Of a DNA stretch of 64,000 nucleotides, positions 55,517-64,000 are shown in pieces (positions within the stretch are counted from its first letter, which is position 1; each line of letters begins with the position of its first letter). The stretch spans positions 663,950 through 727,949 of the forward strand of contig JAPZUA010000001.1 in the NCBI GenBank assembly GCA_027532905.1, written 5' to 3'. A model generated the notes under the pieces. It worked only from the letters and a program-made list of their open reading frames with translations, was not told the origin of the DNA and made no database searches. The position numbers and the translations under genes are program-made. This stretch comes from Magnetospirillum sp. (GTDB lineage: Bacteria > Pseudomonadota > Alphaproteobacteria > CACIAM-22H2).

Positions 55517-57633
55517 CGGACTATTCGATCGCCTTCGCCCCGCTCGTGGCCTGGGGCTGGCTCGCAGCGCTCGGTGTGCTTGCCGCGATTCCGGTCGTCT
55601 ACGCGATCTTCAAGCGCGCGCGCGGGGCGTGGTGGCGGGCGGCCGCCATGGCGGGCCTGCTGCTTGCACTTGCCAATCCGGTCGCGGTCGTCGAAGAGCG
55701 ACGCGCTTTGTCCGATATCGGCCTCGTGGTGATCGACGAGAGCGACAGCGCCAAGCTCGGCCAGCGCGCGGGCCGCATCGAGCGCGCGGCCGAAGCCTTG
55801 CGCGAACGCCTGTCGCGCGAAAAGGATTTCGACTTGCGCATCGTGCGCGCCGGCGCTTCGGGCGGCCTGGCGCAGGACGGCACGCGCCTGTTCGAGGCGG
55901 TCGAGCGTGCTTTATCGGACGTGCCACGCAACCGGCTTGCGGGTGTGGCCCTCCTCACCGACGGGCAGGTGCACGACGCGCCCACGGGCGACGCGGCCGC
56001 CCTCGCACGCCTCAATCTGCCGGGCCCCTTGCATGCGTTGCTCGCGGGCGAGCGCAACGAAGTCGATCGGCGCCTGGTGCTCGAGCAAGCGCCGGGCTTT
56101 GCCATCGTCGCCAAGCCGCAGACTTTGACGATCCGCGTGGACGACGGTGCCAGCCCACGCGGGGCTGCGAACGCGGGGGCCCCGCGCGCCCAAGCGCGCA
56201 TCGACATCAAGCGCGACGGCCAGCCCTTCCAGACCGTGCGGGTCCCCGTCGGCGTTTCGAGCACGATCGATTTCCAGCTCGAAAAAGCCGGCGAGACCGT
56301 GTTCGAGATCGAGGTCGAGGCGGGCCAGCGCGAACTCACGCTCGAGAACAACAAGCAGATCGTCGTCGTGAACGGCGTGCGCGACCGCTTGCGCGTGCTG
56401 CTCGTCACGGGCGAGCCGCATGCGGGCGAGCGCAATTGGCGCAATCTGCTCAAATCCGATCCCGCCGTCGATCTCGTGCATTTCACGATTCTGCGCCCGC
56501 CCGAATCGCAGGACTTCACGCCCGTGAACGAACTTTCGCTGATCGCCTTCCCGATCCGCGAATTGTTCGAGGTGAAATTGCGCGAATTCGACCTCGTGAT
56601 TTTCGACCGCTACCGGCGGCGCGACGTGCTCGCCCCCGTCTATCTCGACAATATCGTGCGCTATGTGCGCGAGGGCGGGGCTCTGTTCATCTCGGTGGGG
56701 ACCGCGTTCTCGGCCCCCAACTCGCTGTTCAATTCGCCGATCGGCCAGATTATGCCGGGTGCCCCCACCGGCCAGAATTTCGACGTCGGCTACCGGCCTT
56801 CGGTGTCGGACATGGGCCGGCGCCATCCCGTGACCGCCGATCTGCCGGGTGCGGGGACGGCCGCGCTGCCCGCCGATTGGGGCCGCTGGTTCCGCCATAT
56901 CGACACCGAGCCGCGCCGCGGCCAGGTGCTCTTGAACGGGGCGTCCGACCGGCCCTTGCTGCTGCTCGACCGCGTGGGCGAAGGCCGCGTGGCCCAGCTC
57001 ATGAGCGACCATTTCTGGCTGTGGGCACGCGGTCTCGACGGCGGCGGCCCGCATGCCGAGCTGCTGCGCCGTATTTCGCACTGGCTCATGAAAGAGCCCG
57101 AACTCGAAGAAAACGATCTGAAGGTCCGTGTGCGCGGCAACCGCATGGAAATCGAGCGGCGCACGCTCGAGCCCGTGCAGACGCCGGTGACCGTGACCGC
57201 CCCCGACGGCACAAGCCGGCCCGTGTCGCTCGTCGAAACCAGACCCGGACGCGAGACGGCCTTCTACACGCCCGAACGTCCGGGCCTCTACCACCTCACC
57301 GACGGCACGCGCACGGCGCTTGCGGCTGTGGGGGCTGTGAACCCGCGCGAAACCGCCGACATGCGCACGACCGACGCGCTCTTGAAACCCGCCATCGACG
57401 CAACCGGCGGATCGACGCAATGGCTCGCCGACGGCATTCCCGAAATCCGCCGCGTGCGACCGGGGCGCGACATGGGCGGCACCATCCCCGGCGGTCGCGG
57501 CTGGATCGGCTGGCGTGCCAACGGCGAATACGTCGTGACGGGCGTGTCGCAAACCCCGTTGATGCCGGGCCTGCTGACGTTCCTCGCGTGCTTAGCCCTG
57601 CTCCTCGTCGCCTGGCGGCGCGAGGGGCGGTAG
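55513..57633 (+). CDS. Membrane protein with a glutamine-amidotransferase-like domain (fourth gene of the moxR operon)
   Basis: LANP, TDGQVHD, GEPHAGERNWRNLLKSDPAVDLVHFTILRPP, ELSLIAFP, HWLMKEPELEE, WRREGR end. Confidence 0.85.
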   Translation: MTDYSIAFAPLVAWGWLAALGVLAAIPVVYAIFKRARGAWWRAAAMAGLLLALANPVAVVEERRALSDIGLVVIDESDSAKLGQRAGRIERAAEALRERLSREKDFDLRIVRAGASGGLAQDGTRLFEAVERALSDVPRNRLAGVALLTDGQVHDAPTGDAAALARLNLPGPLHALLAGERNEVDRRLVLEQAPGFAIVAKPQTLTIRVDDGASPRGAANAGAPRAQARIDIKRDGQPFQTVRVPVGVSSTIDFQLEKAGETVFEIEVEAGQRELTLENNKQIVVVNGVRDRLRVLLVTGEPHAGERNWRNLLKSDPAVDLVHFTILRPPESQDFTPVNELSLIAFPIRELFEVKLREFDLVIFDRYRRRDVLAPVYLDNIVRYVREGGALFISVGTAFSAPNSLFNSPIGQIMPGAPTGQNFDVGYRPSVSDMGRRHPVTADLPGAGTAALPADWGRWFRHIDTEPRRGQVLLNGASDRPLLLLDRVGEGRVAQLMSDHFWLWARGLDGGGPHAELLRRISHWLMKEPELEENDLKVRVRGNRMEIERRTLEPVQTPVTVTAPDGTSRPVSLVETRPGRETAFYTPERPGLYHLTDGTRTALAAVGAVNPRETADMRTTDALLKPAIDATGGSTQWLADGIPEIRRVRPGRDMGGTIPGGRGWIGWRANGEYVVTGVSQTPLMPGLLTFLACLALLLVAWRREGR

Positions 57634-57636
57634 ACG

Positions 57637-59426
57637 CTACCGTCGCCCGAACAACTTTTCGATGTCGGCGAGTTTGAGTTCCACGTAGGTCGGGCGGCCG
57701 TGGTTGCATTGGCCGCTGTGCGGCGTGGCTTCCATCTGGCGCAGCAACGCATCCATTTCAGCACCGCTCAGGCGGCGGCCCGCGCGCACCGAACCGTGGC
57801 AGGCCATGGTGCCGCAAACTTCGCCCAGGCGCTCTTTCAGCGACAAGGCGGCTCCGTGTTCGGCAATTTCGTCGGCCAAATCGCGCACCAGACCTTTGAC
57901 GTCGAGTTCGCCCAGCATGGCGGGCGTTTCGCGCACCATCACGGCACCGGGGCCGAAGGCTTCGATCCCGAGGCCCAGTTCGCCGAGTTCGTCGGCTTTG
58001 GAAAGCACGCGGGCGGCGGCGGCATCGTCGAGTTCGACCACTTCAGGGATCAGCAGCGTCTGGCGCGCCACGTTGCCTGCCGCGAGCGCTTCTTTCATGC
58101 GTTCGTAGACGAGGCGCTCGTGCGCGGCGTGCTGGTCCACGATCACAATGCCGTCGGCGGTCTGCGCGATCACGTAGGTTTCGTGAAGCTGGGCGCGCGC
58201 AATGCCGAGCGGCAGATCGCGCGGTTCGGCCGGTGCTTGCATTGTTGTGGGCACCGAAGCGCCGAACGCGGCGGCGGCCGGCGACGGCGGTGCGTGGTAG
58301 GCGACGCTCGCTTCGGCCACACCGCGCGAAATTTGGGAGCCGCCCGCAAACGCGTATTGCGGGCTGGGGGTGCGCACGAGATCGAGGGCTTCGATCGCCA
58401 CATGCGTGGAGGCGCGGAAGCCTGCCCGGTCGAGCGCTTCCTTGAGGCTCGCGACGATAAGGCCGCGAATGCGCTGCGGATCGCGGAAGCGCACTTCGGT
58501 TTTGGCCGGATGCACGTTGGCATCGACGAGCTGCGTTGGCAGATCGAGGAACAGCGCCACGGCCGGATGGCGGTCGCGCGCCAGGAAATCGGCGTACGCG
58601 CCGCGCACGGCGCCTGCGAGCAGCTTGTCGCGCACGGGCCGGCCGTTCACGAACAGATATTGGTGCATCGAGGTCGCGCGGTTGTAGGTCGGCAGGCCCG
58701 CATGGCCCGTGAGGCGAATTTCGCCCTCGTCGTCCTGGCGCACGGCGGCGACCGCGACCGCATTGTCGAAAAACTCTTTGCCGATCACGGCGGCGACGCG
58801 TGCCAAGCGTGCCGTGTCGTCGGCGCCGGTTTGGGCGGGGAGTTTCAGCACGCTGCGCCCGTCGGCCACGAGGCTGAAGGCGATGCGCGGATGTGCCATC
58901 GCGAGCCGTGCGACCGCGTCTTCACACGCGTCGCGCTCGGCGCGTTCGCCCTTGAGAAATTTGAGGCGTGCAGGTGTCGCGTAGAAAAGATCGCGCACTT
59001 CGACGCGCGTTCCGGGCGGAGCAGCGGCCGGTACAGGCTCGCACTTGCGCCCGCCTTCGACGCTGAGCGACCAGGCTTCGGCGGCGTCTTTCGTGCGGCT
59101 GACGAGCGTTAAGCGCGCCACCGCGCCGATCGACGGCAAGGCTTCGCCGCGAAAACCCAGCGTATGGATGGCGAGCAGATCGTCGCTGGGCAATTTCGAC
59201 GTCGCATGGCGCTCGACCGCCAGCGACAGCTCGTCGGCAGCCATGCCCTTGCCGTCGTCGGCAACCGCGATCAACGCGCGCCCAGCTTCGCCGAGCACCA
59301 CGTCGATGCGCGTGGCGTCTGCGTCGATCGCATTCTCGACGAGTTCTTTGACGGCCGCCGCCGGGCGCTCGACGACCTCGCCCGCCGCGATGCGGTTGAC
59401 CAGAGTCTCGGGCAGGCGGCGGATCT

Positions 59427-59430
<4 letters not shown>
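57637..59430 (-). CDS. mutL: DNA mismatch repair endonuclease MutL
   Basis: [57 protein letters not shown] start overlaps the pgi stop. Confidence 0.96.
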
Positions 59431-60719
<1,289 letters not shown>

Positions 60720-60771
60720 GGCCGATTCGTCTCCGCCGGGGATTCTAGCGAAAACGCGCGCCCGATGCGCT

Positions 60772-62097
60772 CTATTCGGTGGCGGTCAAACCGGCCGGCT
60801 CGCCGACCGCCACGACCAGCAATTTTGCGGGGTCGAACAGGCGGGCGGCGACGCGTTTGGCGTCGGCGAGCGTGACCGCGCGCACGCGGCGCTGGCGCTC
60901 TTCGAACCAGTCGCGCCCGCGCCCGTCGAGGCGGGCACTGACCATCAGGCGCGCAATGCGCGAAGAACCGTCGAACTGCAGCGGGTACGAGCCGGTCAGA
61001 AAGTCCTTCGCTCCCTGCAGCTCGTCTTCGCTCGGGCCGTCTTTGCCCATTTGGGCCCATTCGGCGCGCACCATGTCGAGGGCGCGCGCCAGCGTGCGGT
61101 TGTCGGACGAGGTCGAGCCTTGCACGAGCGCAGCCGCGTCGAATATCGCCAGCCCCGTGCCGATCCCGTAGGTGAGGCCTGCGCGCTCGCGCACCGACAG
61201 CATGAGGCGCGAGTTGAAACCGCCGCCGCCGAGGATGTAGTTCACGACCGTGGCGGCAAACAGATCCGGATCGTCGCGGCCCACGCCCTGATGGCCGAAC
61301 AGCGCATAGGTCTGGCTGCCGGGACGCGGGATCACGAAAGTTTTGCCCGCGCCGCCGATCGAGATCGGCACGACGGGCACCAAGCGCGCCGCCTGCGGCA
61401 GGCCGCCGAATGCGCGGTCGAGCAATGCGCCGAGTTCTTCGGGCGTGGTGTCACCGACGGCGGCAACCACGAGATTGTCGCGCGCCAGCAAGCGCGCCAA
61501 TTGCGCGCGCATGTCGGCGGTCGCCAGCGTCTTCACGCTTTCGGGCGTGCCGCGTGTGGGCCTAGCATAGACATGCTCGCCGAAAGCGGCGCGCGCAAAG
61601 GCGCGGCGCGCGAGTGTTTCGGGGTTGGTTTCCTCGCGCGACAGGCTGGCAAGCACGTTGGCGCGCAGGCGCTCGACCTGTTCGGAATCGAAGCGCGGTT
61701 GGCTGAGCGCTTCGGCCAACAGCGTGATGCCGAGCGTCTTGTCGCGCGACAGCACGCGCAGACTGCCTTGCACCGTATCGAGACCGGCCGAGAAGCCAAG
61801 CGCGATCGAGCGGTTTTCGAGCTCGGCCGAAAAAGCCTGCTGGTCGCGGGTCCCTGCCCCTTGCGTGAGCATGTCGGCCATCAGCGCCGTGAGGCCCTCT
61901 TGGCCTGCGGGATCCTGGGCCGAGCCGCCGCGCCACGAAAATTCGATCGCCAGCAGCGGCAGCGAATTGTCGCGCACGAGCCAAGCCTCGATGCCGCCCG
62001 GGCTGCGCACCGCCTCGATGCGCTGGCCTTGCGCATGGGCGGGCGAAACGCCGGCGGCCAACAGCAGCAGTGCTATCGCGGCAACAAAACGACGCAT
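60772..62097 (-). CDS. M16 peptidase family protein, non-catalytic subunit
   Basis: Signal peptide, SPGGIEAWLV, LGGGGFNSRL, VRERAGLTY; no HxxEH. Confidence 0.9.
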   Translation of the reverse strand: MRRFVAAIALLLLAAGVSPAHAQGQRIEAVRSPGGIEAWLVRDNSLPLLAIEFSWRGGSAQDPAGQEGLTALMADMLTQGAGTRDQQAFSAELENRSIALGFSAGLDTVQGSLRVLSRDKTLGITLLAEALSQPRFDSEQVERLRANVLASLSREETNPETLARRAFARAAFGEHVYARPTRGTPESVKTLATADMRAQLARLLARDNLVVAAVGDTTPEELGALLDRAFGGLPQAARLVPVVPISIGGAGKTFVIPRPGSQTYALFGHQGVGRDDPDLFAATVVNYILGGGGFNSRLMLSVRERAGLTYGIGTGLAIFDAAALVQGSTSSDNRTLARALDMVRAEWAQMGKDGPSEDELQGAKDFLTGSYPLQFDGSSRIARLMVSARLDGRGRDWFEERQRRVRAVTLADAKRVAARLFDPAKLLVVAVGEPAGLTATE

Positions 62098-63443
62098 CAC
62101 GAGCCCGGCTTGGGCAGCAGCACGGACGTCACGTGCGCATCGCTGCCCAGGATCGCGCGCAAGGCCGCATTGACCTCGGCAGTCGTGACGGCCGCAAGGC
62201 GCGTTGGCCAAGATTGGACCCAAGCGACGTCGCGGCCCGTGGCGAACGCCGCTCCGAAGGCGCGTGCACCCGCTTGCGCGGAATCGCGCACGAGGATCGC
62301 GGAATCGGCCAAACGCGTTTTGGCTTGCGCCACTTCCGCGTCGCCGAAGCCGCCCGCAAGCGTTTCGCGCAGCACGGCTTCGATCGCGGACTCGAGTGCG
62401 GCAAGTTCCACACCGGGGCGCGGGCTTGCCGACACGGTGAAGCTCGTCGGATCGAGCGAGGTGGGGTCGTAGAAAGCGGAAATGCCGGTCGCAAGCGACT
62501 TGTCGTGCACAAGTGCCCGCACGAGGCGGCTCGAGGCGGCCCCGCCGAGCAGTTCGGCGGCAAGATCGAGCGCATCGGTCTGGTCGCGGCCCACACCGCC
62601 GAACGACGCCGCATGCGAGGGGGCAAGCCAGCTGCGCGACCACGAGGGCTGACGCACGCGCACATCGCGCAGCTCGACGCGCCTTGCAGCAAGCGGCGGC
62701 GGCTCTTGCGCACGCACGCGCTGCGGCAGTTCCTTGCGCGGAATGGAACCGTAATAGCGCTCGGCCAGCACGCGCACGGCGTCGGCCGAAACGTCGCCCG
62801 CGATCACGAGCATCGCGTTGTTGGGCGCGTACCAACGCGCGTACCAGTCGAGCGCGTCCTGGCGCGTAAGGCCTTGCATCTCGTGTTCCCAGCCGATGAT
62901 CGGCCGGCCGTAAGGATGGTTCACGAACAGGGCCGCGGACGTCTGCTCGCGCAGCTTGGCGGCCGGGCGCTGGTCCACGACCTGGCGGCGCTCTTCGACG
63001 ATCACGTCGCGCTCGGGTGCGACTTCGGCTTCCGACAGCACGAGATTGGCCATGCGGTCGGCTTCGAGCTGCATCACGCTTTCGAGCCGGTCGCTGGCGA
63101 CGTTCTGGAAATAGGCGGTGTAGTCCCAGCCTGTGAACGCGTTGTCGCGCCCGCCGAGCCGCGCCACGCGCCGGCTGAATTCGCCGGGCGGCACGTCTTT
63201 GGTGCCCTTGAACATCAGATGTTCGAGGAAATGCGCAATGCCGGATTTGCCCTGCACCTCGTCAGCGGCACCGGCCTTGTACCAGACCATCTGCACGACG
63301 ACGGGGGCGCGGTGGTTTTCGACGACCACGACCTGCAGGCCATTGGCAAGCTCGAAGGTTTTCGGCGAAAAAACCTGGGCGTGCGCAGGCATGGCTGCGG
63401 CCACGGCCAAAAACGCCGCCACAACCGCGGCAAGGCGCCGCAT
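62097..63443 (-). CDS. M16 (pitrilysin-like) zinc peptidase, catalytic subunit
   Basis: Signal peptide, LANGL, AHFLEHLMFKGT (HxxEH), NAFT, HPYGRPIIGW. Confidence 0.93.
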   Translation of the reverse strand: MRRLAAVVAAFLAVAAAMPAHAQVFSPKTFELANGLQVVVVENHRAPVVVQMVWYKAGAADEVQGKSGIAHFLEHLMFKGTKDVPPGEFSRRVARLGGRDNAFTGWDYTAYFQNVASDRLESVMQLEADRMANLVLSEAEVAPERDVIVEERRQVVDQRPAAKLREQTSAALFVNHPYGRPIIGWEHEMQGLTRQDALDWYARWYAPNNAMLVIAGDVSADAVRVLAERYYGSIPRKELPQRVRAQEPPPLAARRVELRDVRVRQPSWSRSWLAPSHAASFGGVGRDQTDALDLAAELLGGAASSRLVRALVHDKSLATGISAFYDPTSLDPTSFTVSASPRPGVELAALESAIEAVLRETLAGGFGDAEVAQAKTRLADSAILVRDSAQAGARAFGAAFATGRDVAWVQSWPTRLAAVTTAEVNAALRAILGSDAHVTSVLLPKPGS

Positions 63444-63448
63444 GGCGA

Positions 63449-64000
63449 TTAGAAGATCCCTTCGAGCCAGCCGCGCTTGCGGGCACGGATGGTCGCGACG
63501 TCGCCGTCGTTGGCGCTGCGGCCCGTGGCTTGCGCCTCGCGCAGGCGCTGAGCCTCGCGCGCCGGATCGACGGTGGCACTGGAGGCCGAAGGCGTCGTCT
63601 GCCAGAAGACGAGACGATCGACGAAGGTCTGGTCGGCCTCGGCAAGGCTCTGGGCTTCGCGCTCGATCGTCTCGCGGATGGAAGCCTCGGCGCGGTCGCC
63701 GCCGGTGCGGTTCAGCAACGCTTGCTCGCTGGCGCTGAGCGCCGAATTGGCGGTGGACGCCGACGTCGCGGTGCCGCGCTCGGGCCCGAAGATGGCGGCG
63801 CGGGCCGCGTCCTGCGGCGACTGTTCCTGCGGGCGTGCCGCACCCGGCGCCGGCGGACGCAGGCCGAAATCGGGCGGCAGCGTCAACGGGGCACGCGTGA
63901 CGACGCGGAACTCGTCGGGCGTGGCTTTGTCCCAACCGATGGCTTTGCGCGTGTCGGCGCAAGCGCCCAAGCCCAGGGCGGCGACCAGCAGCACGCTCGT
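63449..64000 (-). CDS. DUF3035 family lipoprotein (5' end probably just outside the window)
   Basis: Lipobox LGA-C, PDEFRVVTRAPLTLPPDFGLRPPAPGAARPQE. Confidence 0.85.
   Translation of the reverse strand, partial: TSVLLVAALGLGACADTRKAIGWDKATPDEFRVVTRAPLTLPPDFGLRPPAPGAARPQEQSPQDAARAAIFGPERGTATSASTANSALSASEQALLNRTGGDRAEASIRETIEREAQSLAEADQTFVDRLVFWQTTPSASSATVDPAREAQRLREAQATGRSANDGDVATIRARKRGWLEGIF

Overview
A gene-dense, high-GC (roughly two-thirds G+C) chromosomal segment of an alphaproteobacterium, most likely Rhodospirillales-like, judged from gene families and order (petABC-trmL-hemF, ubiK/lgt/pgeF, prs-rplY-pth-ychF, phasin, DUF3572, DUF3035-M16-M16-mutL). About 65 CDS are present, many translationally coupled. 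No rRNA, tRNA, CRISPR array, integrase or transposase was recognised. Most of the window is core genome. The most interesting block is 4.6-12.5 kb: two convergent operons encoding a RibD-reductase-only protein, an MDR dehydrogenase lacking the usual Zn ligands, a Cys-less QueD/PTPS paralog (PTPS-IV type), GT4 and GT2 glycosyltransferases, a SAM methyltransferase, a CDP-alcohol phosphatidyltransferase fused to an FkbM methyltransferase, and an LtaS/sulfatase-fold membrane enzyme. I infer that this is an uncharacterised pathway that builds an unusual phospholipid head group and transfers it to the cell surface. Other candidates: a YahEFG/AllFGH-like trio beside an orphan molybdoenzyme and psuG; an mtnP-aldolase/SDR-VOC operon lacking mtnA; an unannotated 21-codon hydrophobic ORF; a three-lipoprotein M48 protease operon; and an orphan HTH gene resembling small terminases. 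All family calls come from motif recognition by eye, and no database searches were run. Start codons were re-picked by hand and may be off by a few codons.
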